Virus record (IMG/VR): IMGVR_UViG_3300033149_004566
Location: 1 to 64,000 of that record
Reading direction: 5' to 3' (one strand)
Length of the DNA: 64,000 nt
DNA from: a virus
The notes beneath the pieces were generated by a model. It was not told where the DNA came from. It did no database searches and saw only the letters and a list, made by a program, of their open reading frames with translations. Each line of letters opens with the position of its first letter. Position 1 is the stretch's first letter. The translations under genes were made by a program, and so were the position numbers. Shown in pieces: positions 1 through 8,879 of this stretch.

Positions 1-318
1 CCTGTACTTGTTCACGTCGCCGTGAACGAATTTCAGTTTAAACTTGTTTTTTTCAAGATCTTTTATGGTCTCCTTCATGTCGTCTTCTGGAGTCCAATAG
101 CACTCGTATCCGTAAATCACATCTCCTGAGTCCAACTTTATTTTCGGGTTTCCGCCCATGTATTCAAATATGGGGTAGAAAAAATCATCTTTTTCCACGG
201 TATGTGGCATAACTTTGCCCTCATATACTCCAAATCCGAAGAACACGAAGTACATATTATTCATTATGTACGCTCCGACGCGTGTTCCCGGTTCATAATC
301 TACCATTTTTTTCACCAT
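1..318 (-). CDS. Hypothetical viral protein (runs off window edge)
   Basis: Hand-translated open frame MVKKMVDYEPGTRVG...NPKIKLDSGDVIYGYECYW; not in ORF track because truncated. Confidence 0.7.
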   Translation of the reverse strand, partial: MVKKMVDYEPGTRVGAYIMNNMYFVFFGFGVYEGKVMPHTVEKDDFFYPIFEYMGGNPKIKLDSGDVIYGYECYWTPEDDMKETIKDLEKNKFKLKFVHGDVNKYR

Positions 319-526
319 AAAAAAAATAAATTAGACCGCGGCTTTTTTACGCCGCTTTTTCGTATACTTTAACGGAACGGCTATTGCATAACCGTTCTCT
401 ATGAGCTGCAGCACTTTTTTGGCCGCAAGTAATAATTCGACGAACGTCGATGTATAATTGGACTTTAGCGATTTTGATGTCGTTTCTAGCTTCGTCAAGC
501 AGCCGAAAGCGGCATCAAAATCGAAC

Positions 527-1249
527 TTATACGACTTTTTTTTTGACATATTCAATGAATTCCTCGACATTCTTGAATTCTTCTTGCTTTCTTTCTTTCG
601 GGGCTTTTAAAGAACCCCAACAGAATAGAAAACCGCCCGGATGCGTGAACCAACCCGGCAAGTTTAGCTTGCTCAAGTCGGGCTCGTTTTTTCCCGGAAA
701 CCTGGATATGCCGATGTTATTCCCGTCGGCATATATCATGCCGGTACATCCGAGCTTTGGGCCAATCTTTCTGATGAGCGGATGATGACGGCCCTCATTG
801 ATAAGAAATTCCCATCGGCCTATCTTCACGCGCTTCATCTTTTTTATTTTCTCGGCTGCTTTGTGCTCTTTATTTTTTAGTATTGTTAGTCCCTGCATCA
901 CCGGATGGAAAAACTTCACGATATCGAAGTCGTTCCATCCCATTGCTTTTAATGCATCTATGAAGATTGCAAAATCCGTGTACCTACCGGTATTATCACG
1001 ATGTACAACGGATTTTACAAATTCTTCCGGGTACATGTCTTTGTACGAGCAGACGGCAGCGTCGCCATCCGGATGCTTGTTTGCCTTTATGTCCACCGGA
1101 ATTTCATCCGGTGATCTTTTATTGTAATCCGCCGGAACGAACAAAATGTTTTCCAGCGGTAATTCATTTGCCATGGCACATGCCAATACGGATGCGACAT
1201 TATCGGCATCGACATTGACATGAGTTATAATCTTTTTTATCTTTACCAC
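527..1249 (-). CDS. Divergent DHH/MYG1-like phosphoesterase-fold protein
   Basis: N-terminal IITHVNVDAD and C-terminal WFTHPGGF resemble MYG1/DHH motifs. Confidence 0.45.
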   Translation of the reverse strand: MVKIKKIITHVNVDADNVASVLACAMANELPLENILFVPADYNKRSPDEIPVDIKANKHPDGDAAVCSYKDMYPEEFVKSVVHRDNTGRYTDFAIFIDALKAMGWNDFDIVKFFHPVMQGLTILKNKEHKAAEKIKKMKRVKIGRWEFLINEGRHHPLIRKIGPKLGCTGMIYADGNNIGISRFPGKNEPDLSKLNLPGWFTHPGGFLFCWGSLKAPKERKQEEFKNVEEFIEYVKKKVV

Positions 1250-1827
1250 TTCGTTATCTTGATATTTTTCGGGAGACTTTTACTTATAAAATGTGGCTCC
1301 CTGCATCTGAAGCAATGCGACTTGTCATATGCAGCAAGTATTGCTTCAGTAAAATTATTTAGAGACAACGGAATTTTTTCTATGATGTCGTCATCTCTAA
1401 CTCTCTTTTCAAACATGACGTCCGTTGTTACGTCCCCAGACAATTTGTCGATGTGATATTTTTTTAATGTAATTATGATATTTTTCACATCGCGTTTTGC
1501 TAGTCTGTCGACGGTTACCTCTATCAGAACCGGCATTGCCGTCGTGAACAAGGCCTGGACTTTGAGAGGTCTTACGGATTTATGAATGTAAAATGGCTTG
1601 AGAGGGTCGCCGTTTCCATTGCATATTACGGTGGCTTGTCCGAACCCAACATGGATTCCGCCACCCTTTTCTTCACCTACTAGTCTCCATGCTAGTAGAT
1701 TACTGTCAATTCTTTTATTTATATTGACAATCTGAGAAACGTAATAGTTTCTCCTTAATTTTCTCCATTTGATTTTCGGCACCTGTATTGGTGAACGTGC
1801 CGTTGCTTGCTTTTTCATAGATATCAT
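1243..1827 (-). CDS. Hypothetical protein with C-terminal CxxCxEPH motif (paralog of 6725..7303)
   Basis: Shared GGG..G.AT.IC..NG..LKPF and C..CREPHFI motifs. Confidence 0.8.
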   Translation of the reverse strand: MISMKKQATARSPIQVPKIKWRKLRRNYYVSQIVNINKRIDSNLLAWRLVGEEKGGGIHVGFGQATVICNGNGDPLKPFYIHKSVRPLKVQALFTTAMPVLIEVTVDRLAKRDVKNIIITLKKYHIDKLSGDVTTDVMFEKRVRDDDIIEKIPLSLNNFTEAILAAYDKSHCFRCREPHFISKSLPKNIKITKW

Positions 1828-1836
1828 CCTCCTTTT

Positions 1837-2100
1837 TTAAAATATTTTTATTTTATTGTTTTTATTTTTTAATTCTCTCACGTTTTCAAGACATTCATGG
1901 AGTATCTTCAAAACATCCTCATTAATGTCTTCGGTCACGTGAGTGACCTCATCGACGATTTTATTGGACACGAGATGAATCGCGCCCTCTATCAAAACGT
2001 CATTAAAGACAGCCCCGTCCTCATCAATGAAACAAGGAACATCCCTGAGAATTGAGCCATCTCGAAGTTTAAAGTCCCGTTTTCCTCTTTTTCTGATCAT
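1837..2100 (-). CDS. Hypothetical protein
   Basis: ORF in co-directional gene string. Confidence 0.6.
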   Translation of the reverse strand: MIRKRGKRDFKLRDGSILRDVPCFIDEDGAVFNDVLIEGAIHLVSNKIVDEVTHVTEDINEDVLKILHECLENVRELKNKNNKIKIF

Positions 2101-2296
2101 GTATTCTCAACTACTTTTAATTTTTTCCATATCACCGTTGAAAATGTCTGTTATCCAATGTTCCAGGTCGGAAATACGGATGGTGACATTTTCCTTGAAC
2201 ATGATCTTTTCATAACTCATGATCTTTTTGAAAAGATCCATGAGCTTGTTCATGTCGCCCACGGTGACATTTTCCAATTTTAAAATAATATCACCT

Positions 2297-2677
2297 CTAA
2301 AACGTAATTTTTATATTCTTGCCATGTGCTATGGCAAGATTAACGTACTCACGAAATACATTTTCGTGATAGAGTTTATTTGAGCTTTCATTGTCTCTAA
2401 TAAACTCTAATAGATTCAAATTTAACAGAATGCACGGATCTTCCGAAAACGTGCCAAGGCACGGCTCGGAAAATAGTTTTTCATCGAATCCCAATAGAAA
2501 TTCGATGACTTCATCTATCTGGCCTATAGACCCGAACCAACATCCCTCTCCGCCACTAATAGAGGGATGAAGGTTAAAATCACACCTCGTGCACATCTTG
2601 ACGTCGTTATGCACGAGATTCATTATCTCACATCCGCTGTCGATTTCAATGCATACGCCCAAAGTAAGTCGCCACAC
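2297..2677 (-). CDS. Hypothetical protein
   Basis: ORF overlapping neighbours in operon fashion. Confidence 0.6.
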   Translation of the reverse strand: MWRLTLGVCIEIDSGCEIMNLVHNDVKMCTRCDFNLHPSISGGEGCWFGSIGQIDEVIEFLLGFDEKLFSEPCLGTFSEDPCILLNLNLLEFIRDNESSNKLYHENVFREYVNLAIAHGKNIKITF

Positions 2678-3026
2678 TTTTTATGTTATTTAAGCATTTT
2701 TTACAAATATCCGCGCCCCATAAAGATTTCGGATGATCATCGTTATCGTCCTTAAACTCTACGGCCGACAGATATATGAATTTTTTTACCAATGTGTTGC
2801 AGATGCTACACGTCACGTTGTACGACGCATTGTTATTTTTTTTACCATAATATGCTGCTAATATTTCATCATCTCCAATTCCTTCTATCAACGTGGGGAT
2901 GATGTTTTTAGCACCCAAATATTTTACGAATGCGTAATCTATTTCGCAATTCTTAATTCCGGGATTGTCGATGCCTTTTATGCACAACAACCTCCAGATC
3001 AAGTCATTTTTACTTATTTGTCTCAT
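2646..3026 (-). CDS. Hypothetical protein with two CxxC motifs
   Basis: CSIC and CKKC motifs; coupled to neighbours. Confidence 0.6.
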   Translation of the reverse strand: MRQISKNDLIWRLLCIKGIDNPGIKNCEIDYAFVKYLGAKNIIPTLIEGIGDDEILAAYYGKKNNNASYNVTCSICNTLVKKFIYLSAVEFKDDNDDHPKSLWGADICKKCLNNIKSVATYFGRMH

Positions 3027-3349
3027 CTGAATCTCGCCTCTTTTACATTTACATCGAGTGCCTCGTCCAACATCGCGCTCTTTTCGAGAAGCCTGCCCAA
3101 TTTTTCAATTATTTCTTCTTTTTTGTATCTATCCGGCATGCCTCTCCGATCGAAATTCCTCATATCTATTACATCGTGTTTCCAGAAGATCCATTCATCT
3201 CTCAGCTCTTCCGGAAGAGATTGAGGAATTTCTAATTCCAATAAATGATCGGTTGCCCTCATGAAAAAATCACGAGAGCGGTCTTTTGCGTGTTTTAGAA
3301 ACAGCCCGATGCAGTATAAAAATCCAGAGCCAAATCTCGATTCATTCAT
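3023..3349 (-). CDS. Hypothetical protein
   Basis: ORF overlapping neighbours. Confidence 0.65.
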   Translation of the reverse strand: MNESRFGSGFLYCIGLFLKHAKDRSRDFFMRATDHLLELEIPQSLPEELRDEWIFWKHDVIDMRNFDRRGMPDRYKKEEIIEKLGRLLEKSAMLDEALDVNVKEARFR

Positions 3350-3689
3350 TCCATTTGCCCTCCAAAAACACCTTTTTCATTATGCCATATAGGCATTTGT
3401 TGCATTTCCTGAACCACGTAACCATCCTGCATCGACCGCATAAATCCAACGGTTCCAACAGTTTTCTCATGTCGCTCATTTTTCCATCGGATGCAGCGAC
3501 GTCCAGTATTTTGCAGTTCAATTTTTTGAACTCTTCTACAGCATTGTCCACGCACTTTCTGCACGTCTGGTGTTCCATCTCGATCTCATCCACGCTTTCA
3601 TGCTTTATTTTATCAAACATGTCGCGCGTTATTTCAACGTTGTTCATCGTTACACTCCCACACGCGGGACACACGACGATGTAGATCAA
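3342..3689 (-). CDS. Multi-CxxC zinc-binding protein
   Basis: Four CxxC pairs; C-terminal pattern shared with 3686..4372 and 4933..5538. Confidence 0.7.
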   Translation of the reverse strand: MIYIVVCPACGSVTMNNVEITRDMFDKIKHESVDEIEMEHQTCRKCVDNAVEEFKKLNCKILDVAASDGKMSDMRKLLEPLDLCGRCRMVTWFRKCNKCLYGIMKKVFLEGKWNE

Positions 3690-4372
3690 TCAAACGACAC
3701 CCCGAAGTACGCCATGTAATGCATGACGTCGCAATTATTACAGTGCTCGGCGAATAAGAGACGGCACAACGAGCACGCTCTCTTTACAAGAGCATTGCTT
3801 TTTTCTTTAAATTCACCAAGCGGCAACCCACGTAAATTTTTAAGATAACGCAGGTTTATCACTGCGTCTCTGAAATTTTTCTCAGCTGTATCTTCACAGC
3901 TGCTACAGAGTCTTTCGTTTTTTTCACCGATCAACTCGATTATTGTTTTTCCGTCATTACACATTATGCCGTCGAACACGTACGTGTTGTCCTCAACATG
4001 ATGCAGCGTGGATATGTAGATCTCATCAAATCCACCTAGTTTTATGTACTCGGCGCCGCACATGACGCACTTGTGAGGAACGCACTGCATGCTCTTTAGC
4101 TTGTTGAGTATTCCGGCTCCACTCCGATGATACGTCATTATCACCAACGGAGCCTTTTTATCATTGATATTTTTAAGGATGACCAATTCATCCCTTAATA
4201 TTGCGCCCTCGTTCATTGAGAGCGTTTCAAACACTGGCCTTTCACCGGGTAAGCTGATCCATCTCGACCTTGCAAAGAGGAGATGGAACGGCAGTTTTGT
4301 TATTGATGTATAAGTCATTTTTATTTTAACCTCACGTAAATGTATACAATTGAAATTTGCGACGCAGTCCAC
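3686..4372 (-). CDS. Multi-CxxC zinc-binding protein (paralog of 4933..5538)
   Basis: KLPFHLLFARSRW vs KMPLHVLFGKARW; four CxxC pairs. Confidence 0.75.
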   Translation of the reverse strand: MDCVANFNCIHLREVKIKMTYTSITKLPFHLLFARSRWISLPGERPVFETLSMNEGAILRDELVILKNINDKKAPLVIMTYHRSGAGILNKLKSMQCVPHKCVMCGAEYIKLGGFDEIYISTLHHVEDNTYVFDGIMCNDGKTIIELIGEKNERLCSSCEDTAEKNFRDAVINLRYLKNLRGLPLGEFKEKSNALVKRACSLCRLLFAEHCNNCDVMHYMAYFGVSFD

Positions 4373-4635
4373 ATTATCATTGATAATGTAAAAGACAGCA
4401 TAGCAGTTTTGGAATAAATTATCAATTTAACGACAACATATTCCAATAACATTGCTTCCGTGCGAAATATCGTGACGGTGTTAGTGTATCTGCTCGTCAG
4501 ATCCCACGTCACCAATTCGCTCCACGAAAACAATACCTGTAAGAAGATAAATAATGAAACGGATACAATGATATTTATTATGCTTGCAAATATAATTATG
4601 ACTTTAGCGTCCTCTTTACTTAGCTCCATTATCAT
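4321..4635 (-). CDS. Small membrane protein
   Basis: Two to three hydrophobic segments. Confidence 0.55.
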   Translation of the reverse strand: MIMELSKEDAKVIIIFASIINIIVSVSLFIFLQVLFSWSELVTWDLTSRYTNTVTIFRTEAMLLEYVVVKLIIYSKTAMLSFTLSMIMWTASQISIVYIYVRLK

Positions 4636-4939
4636 AGAATTCCTCCGGTATTAATTCTATCAGGGGATGATATCCCTCAAAATCGGATATTCTCAATATT
4701 TGATCTATTGAGTCCCATCCCCGGAGTGATACATTTATATAATCTACAGGACTTTCGCGTTTATAGTGATACATGTTATACGGGTACCACTTTCCTTTTT
4801 TTATCAAAGCATGTCCCCTTCCGTCGCCTTCATCGTTTTTTTTATAATTATATACTAATAGTTCGGCACCGAACCTTAGTACCTTCAGAATGTCTTTAAA
4901 TTCCAATTCCATTGATCCATCAGCCCTGATGACTAACAT
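4616..4939 (-). CDS. Hypothetical protein (paralog of 34073..34417)
   Basis: FGAELLVYNY..G.G.ALIKKG..W...YH and PLIELIPEE match the 34-kb copy. Confidence 0.75.
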   Translation of the reverse strand: MLVIRADGSMELEFKDILKVLRFGAELLVYNYKKNDEGDGRGHALIKKGKWYPYNMYHYKRESPVDYINVSLRGWDSIDQILRISDFEGYHPLIELIPEEFYDNGAK

Positions 4940-5538
4940 TTTAGTCCCCGTTTAATTACAGCAAAACCACAATCATCGCAGAGGTCATCGTCGCCAGACT
5001 GTGCTATGGTGCAGGCCTTGCACGATTTTTCCATTATTTTTCTTATTATTTTTCTGACCTCTCCGATTGCCGGCGTGTTCATTTCCATCACCATGTCGGC
5101 GACTTCTTTCAGCGTTCTCAACCTCACTATCGATTCGCGATAGCACCGGCTGCATGTTTCAACGTGATTCCGATCGGTAACGTGCAAGAACACCCCGTGC
5201 TCGTTGAATTTATTGTCAAGAAAGTACGTGACGTAATCCAATCGGTACATGTCTTTCAAGTAATAATTTCTACCAAATGGATCACTTACGAACTTATTAT
5301 TGCATCCCGGACACGTGAAGACCACCATTGGATACACGTGATCGTACGCCAATACTGATGGATTCTGATGGGTTGCAAAAACATACCCATCGTCCATCTC
5401 GATCAGGTAAAAATCTATCTCACGCTCTTTGGCACGTGTTAGCCAATACGTGACGAATTCCTGATCGGGATATCCGACCCATCTTGCCTTTCCAAAGAGT
5501 ACATGGAGAGGCATTTTTTTGAACATTCTTTTGATCAT
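4933..5538 (-). CDS. Multi-CxxC zinc-binding protein
   Basis: Paralog of 3686..4372. Confidence 0.75.
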   Translation of the reverse strand: MIKRMFKKMPLHVLFGKARWVGYPDQEFVTYWLTRAKEREIDFYLIEMDDGYVFATHQNPSVLAYDHVYPMVVFTCPGCNNKFVSDPFGRNYYLKDMYRLDYVTYFLDNKFNEHGVFLHVTDRNHVETCSRCYRESIVRLRTLKEVADMVMEMNTPAIGEVRKIIRKIMEKSCKACTIAQSGDDDLCDDCGFAVIKRGLKC

Positions 5539-5695
5539 ATCAACACCGAAACAACTTTATTTATTTTTGGACGTTTTTTTTAATTTTTTCTGGACGATGC
5601 GTCCAAAATTATTTTTATAGTTTTTGCCATTAAAATACTCGGCATACTCGTCAACATAGCCGAGTATTTTTAACTTTTTTTTGATTTCTTTCATG

Positions 5696-6214
5696 TCAAC
5701 ACCTTTTGAGTGCAATAGAAAAGAATTTTTTTATTATTTCAAAATATTTTTTAATATCTTCTTGTTTACTTATCATATTAGTATTCCAGACCGTGGTTCC
5801 AACTTCCCCATCAGTAAACGAAAAGAGAAGTTGAGACAATTCCATTTTAAATTTAGGAATTAGAATATACCCACAGTCAATTAGTCTTTTCAAATACTTT
5901 GAAAAGTGTAGAATATAATATGTAGTTTTTTTATCTTCATAAAAAAAACTATCTTTCTCGATAGTTACTCCTAATTTGATGCCACGATTTATTTTTTCAA
6001 TAAATTTTTCGACATTTTCTTCGGATACGATTACTTCAGCATCATATCTATTAATAATATCACGTGGCATTTTTCTATGAAGATACAATGAATATATTTC
6101 GCCGTCAACGCGTAATAAAAATGGCTCAGACGGTAGACATACCGCTAGACTTGCGTCTGTAATTACATTTTTTTCATCACTATGTATTTTTTTTACCTTT
6201 ATTAACTCAAACAT
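5696..6214 (-). CDS. Hypothetical protein
   Basis: 172-aa ORF with GGTGGTGA SD upstream. Confidence 0.65.
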   Translation of the reverse strand: MFELIKVKKIHSDEKNVITDASLAVCLPSEPFLLRVDGEIYSLYLHRKMPRDIINRYDAEVIVSEENVEKFIEKINRGIKLGVTIEKDSFFYEDKKTTYYILHFSKYLKRLIDCGYILIPKFKMELSQLLFSFTDGEVGTTVWNTNMISKQEDIKKYFEIIKKFFSIALKRC

Positions 6215-6247
6215 TTTTTTTCACCACCAATAAAAAAAAAGATTGTC

Positions 6248-6311
6248 ATTCCGAATTTTCCCGACCCGATCGGTCGAGAAGCGGCAACCGCGATGGTTGC
6301 CGTTTCGGAAT
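6248..6311 (-). terminator. Three-way-junction RNA structure followed by U-tract
   Basis: Outer stem ATTCCGAA/TTCGGAAT enclosing hairpins CGGCAACC/GGTTGCCG and CGACC/GGTCG; T-run downstream on minus strand. Confidence 0.5.
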
Positions 6312-6314
6312 TTA

Positions 6315-6485
6315 TCATGACTTTTTTTTAAGCGGTTTAATTCCGCTTTCCACGCGACGGAGTTCGCCTATGGCGTCATCCACCGCGCGGATGAATCTTT
6401 TATATTTTTTCGGGCCTTCCGCCTGCCTCTTGACCTTTATGAGACAGGCAAAGGCCCTGTTAATATTTAACCCTTCTTCAATCAC
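6315..6485 (-). CDS. Small hypothetical protein (start trimmed from the 6659 call)
   Basis: AAGGAGGTGA SD/GTG at 6485; the upstream extension runs through a structured RNA. Confidence 0.5.
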   Translation of the reverse strand: MIEEGLNINRAFACLIKVKRQAEGPKKYKRFIRAVDDAIGELRRVESGIKPLKKKS

Positions 6486-6623
6486 CTCCTTAACGTTTTT
6501 ATCCCACCGCAGAAATGCATGTTTTCCCGCGCCCGGCCCGGCACTGGAAAACTGCTCTATTGACCAACGGGGATAAGCCGATCGGCCAACTATCCCGCGG
6601 TGCTTGGACAACGTAAGGAGATT

Positions 6624-6678
6624 GAAGATTCTTGGTTTAAAGCCCCGCCGCCGCGTCAAGGCGATCCTCGTGGCGGGG
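6624..6678 (-). ncRNA. Minimal HDV/CPEB3-like ribozyme candidate, copy 1
   Basis: P1 CCCCGCC/GGCGGGG, P2 GAGGAU/AUCUUC, P3 GCC/GGC, L3 UUGACGC, J4/2 CCAA. Confidence 0.75.
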
Positions 6679-6724
6679 AGAAAAAATTAGGAGAAAATAT
6701 AGGCACAGTATGATGAATGTTGAT

Positions 6725-7303
6725 TTATCTAATGAAGTGAGGCTCTCGACAATGATAACATGTCGATTTCCTCAATCCAGCTTCGATAGCTTCTTTATAG
6801 CTATCGTACTTTCTTGGTATGCTTCTCATGACGTCATCGTAAAGCGCATCTGCACTTTGGTCTAAAGACCAGACTTCAGTGCGTTTTACGATGTTGTCGT
6901 TTATTGTCCACCTGTATATCGATACGCTAAAATCCTCGCGATGATGATTCACGTGGATTTCAACGAATCTCTGACCTATGAACGTGGCGTGCTCAGAGCA
7001 CGCCAAGTGTCCTCGTTTAATGACTCGAAACGGCTTTAACTTCTCACCGTTCAAGCCACAAATTATCGTGGCGTGTCCGGTGTTGCTGTATCCGCCGCCG
7101 TTCTCCGATAAAAGAAATCTCCAATAACAGTTCTCCAATTTTGGGAGAACTGTATTGTTATTATATAGGTTGAACAGTTGAGAAACACTGTGCCCTCTGA
7201 GAACCGACCACTGTATTACATGCTCCTCGTTGTCGATTTTAACCGTTTTTATTTCTTCTGGAGCTTCTGTTTTTGCTACTAACTGTAGCAACTCTATCAC
7301 CAA
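6725..7303 (-). CDS. Hypothetical protein (paralog of 1243..1827)
   Basis: GGGYSNTGHATIICGLNGEKLKPF; CYHCREPHFIR. Confidence 0.8.
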   Translation of the reverse strand: MVIELLQLVAKTEAPEEIKTVKIDNEEHVIQWSVLRGHSVSQLFNLYNNNTVLPKLENCYWRFLLSENGGGYSNTGHATIICGLNGEKLKPFRVIKRGHLACSEHATFIGQRFVEIHVNHHREDFSVSIYRWTINDNIVKRTEVWSLDQSADALYDDVMRSIPRKYDSYKEAIEAGLRKSTCYHCREPHFIR

Positions 7304-7361
7304 TTATCTTGCCTTCCCATTCGGAGCCCTTTCGGGCTTTATAGTCGCGTCATTACGACTC

Positions 7362-7418
7362 GATCGCCTCTCGGTACAAGCCCCTCCACCACGACAAGGT
7401 GGACGATCATCGGAGGGG
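7362..7418 (-). ncRNA. Minimal HDV/CPEB3-like ribozyme candidate, copy 2
   Basis: P1 CCCCUCC/GGAGGGG, P2 GAUCGUC/GGCGAUC, P3 ACC/GGU, L3 UUGUCGU, J4/2 CCGA. Confidence 0.78.
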
Positions 7419-7427
7419 AGAAAAAAA

Positions 7428-7550
7428 TTATTCGGATTTCTTGAACATCTCTTCGAGCTCTTTTAAGAGGCGGGAGATGTTTTCCTTCGCCTCCTCGGGC
7501 GAGGAGGGAGGCGAAAGTGGGGAAGATGTGGGAAAGTAATGGATTTTCAT
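7428..7550 (-). CDS. Small 40-aa ORF MKIHYFPTSSPLSPPSSPEEAKENISRLLKELEEMFKKSE
   Basis: Hand-translated; GTGG SD-like site; stop directly before the U-tract and ribozyme copy 2. Confidence 0.45.
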   Translation of the reverse strand: MKIHYFPTSSPLSPPSSPEEAKENISRLLKELEEMFKKSE

Positions 7551-7753
7551 AGTTTACCACGCCATCTTTTTTATTTTTTTTATAATCATAAATACTTTTC
7601 TTATATCGTCTGCTTCGCGCGTCCTGAGCACGCGAAACAGCGCTGTAAGAAAAACTTTCGTATAAATTACACGTCGACAGGTATGTAATGTTAATTTATC
7701 TTGTAGCTGTTCCAATTCTTTACCGCACGGATGTGCGGTAAAGTAATTATGTA

Positions 7754-8059
7754 TTATATTCGTTTTTGCCCCATCCTATACGTAAATATGAAGTCAGTCG
7801 AATCTACAGAAGATAATGGATAGCCCATCTCGCATTCGCGAAACGAGCTGACCATATACCTTAGATTGAAACATCTACCGAATATCTTCCTTCTCATCCG
7901 ATAAGGAAGATATTCCTCCGCAATCCTCGCACGCGCTTTCAGCAAGAAAGCGAAAAGCGCGTCGATAAAAGTGGCACGGCATTTATGACATACCATTTTT
8001 TCTCGCGAAGCAGTTTTCCTTTTCACGTTCATGATTTTTATTATTCTTTTTAGATCCAT
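7754..8059 (-). CDS. Hypothetical protein
   Basis: GGTGA SD before ATG; followed by perfect 11-bp hairpin CTTTACCGCAC/GTGCGGTAAAG. Confidence 0.65.
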   Translation of the reverse strand: MDLKRIIKIMNVKRKTASREKMVCHKCRATFIDALFAFLLKARARIAEEYLPYRMRRKIFGRCFNLRYMVSSFRECEMGYPLSSVDSTDFIFTYRMGQKRI

Positions 8060-8095
8060 TTAATCACCAGACTAAGAAAACGATTCGATTTTACT

Positions 8096-8155
8096 GCGGG
8101 TGAAGCAGTTTCCTGCCCCGCACGTCCCGCAAGGCGTGCGGACTGACAGAAAAAA
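8096..8155 (-). repeat. Structured intergenic repeat (pseudoknot motif B), copy 1
   Basis: 50-bp segment 8106..8155 identical to 8466..8515; stem CCGCACG/CGUGCGG whose loop GCGGG is complementary to downstream CCCGC. Confidence 0.75.
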
Positions 8156-8168
8156 TTTAGATAGAAAG

Positions 8169-8426
8169 TCACCCAACAAGACGTATACCAGCCATACAAT
8201 AGTGCTGATCTCCTCTGTGGTAAATGTTTTTACATTTACTCCAATTTGTCATACAATAATTGCACTCTATGACAGCTACGCAATATTCGTGTCCATATTT
8301 GTCACAGACTTTACTTTTGCAATGCCCTTTATTGTCCTCATAAGGACAAAGAGCAACACAATCTTGTAATGATACAATAGCACCCATATCGAGTGCTTTT
8401 TGTATATATTTCGATATATGTTTCAT
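8169..8426 (-). CDS. Cys-rich small protein (start trimmed to MKHISKY)
   Basis: GGAAGTGG SD before ATG at 8426; many Cys. Confidence 0.65.
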   Translation of the reverse strand: MKHISKYIQKALDMGAIVSLQDCVALCPYEDNKGHCKSKVCDKYGHEYCVAVIECNYCMTNWSKCKNIYHRGDQHYCMAGIRLVG

Positions 8427-8454
8427 TAAACCACTTCCTTTTTTATTTTTTCTA

Positions 8455-8515
8455 GCGGGTCGTAACAGTTTCCTGCCCCGCACGTCCCGCAAGGCGTGCG
8501 GACTGACAGAAAAAA
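8455..8515 (-). repeat. Structured intergenic repeat (pseudoknot motif B), copy 2
   Basis: Identical core to 8106..8155, 360 bp apart; CCCGC retained with a different spacer. Confidence 0.75.
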
Positions 8516-8551
8516 GGAGATTAAAAATAAAGAACTTATGTATACAAATAT

Positions 8552-8857
8552 TTAAATTTCTTCTTCGCTCTCCGCCGCGCATTTGTAGCAGAGATAGATT
8601 TTTTTTTTATTTTCTGATATTTCATCATCATCGTAGGGATCCGGCATTAAAAAAACCCAATACCGGGATCCACATCTCTCGCATGCGTTGCGAGAGATCG
8701 ACTTTTTATATAATATAGAAAAGTGTTCACATGGTTCAATGCTTTTCATTCTTCTGGCATTGCCAGAGAACAAAAAGCACGTTGGATATACGTTGCCATT
8801 CCACGTGTCTATCCACGTGAAATAACAACAAAAATTGCATTTGATTAAATTTATCAT
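8552..8857 (-). CDS. Cys-rich zinc-finger-like small protein
   Basis: CNFC, CERC, CYKC; GGAAGTGA SD. Confidence 0.65.
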   Translation of the reverse strand: MINLIKCNFCCYFTWIDTWNGNVYPTCFLFSGNARRMKSIEPCEHFSILYKKSISRNACERCGSRYWVFLMPDPYDDDEISENKKKIYLCYKCAAESEEEI

Positions 8858-8879
8858 GGTAAATATCACTTCCTTTTAG

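Noticed and set aside
7362-7418. Plus-strand reading of the HDV-like fold (would give G at position 1)
   Set aside because: G-U pairs become A-C mismatches, the L3 and J4/2 consensus is lost, and flanking genes are on the minus strand.
7339-7560. ORFs 7339..7560 and 9265..9507 with similar peptides (SP..I.HL.VV..L.PR), and the 5' extensions of ORFs 6315..6659 and 8169..8582
   Set aside because: The similarity is a by-product of the conserved RNA elements they run through, and better SD/start sites exist downstream.
7610-7645. Hammerhead-like CTGAG..GAAA on the plus strand
   Set aside because: No stem II between the motifs; better explained as a 12-bp hairpin on the minus strand.
8096-8155. 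Pistol or twister assignment for motif B
   Set aside because: The loop pseudoknot and AAA linker are reminiscent, but pistol P2/P3 and the twister core nucleotides are not found in both copies.
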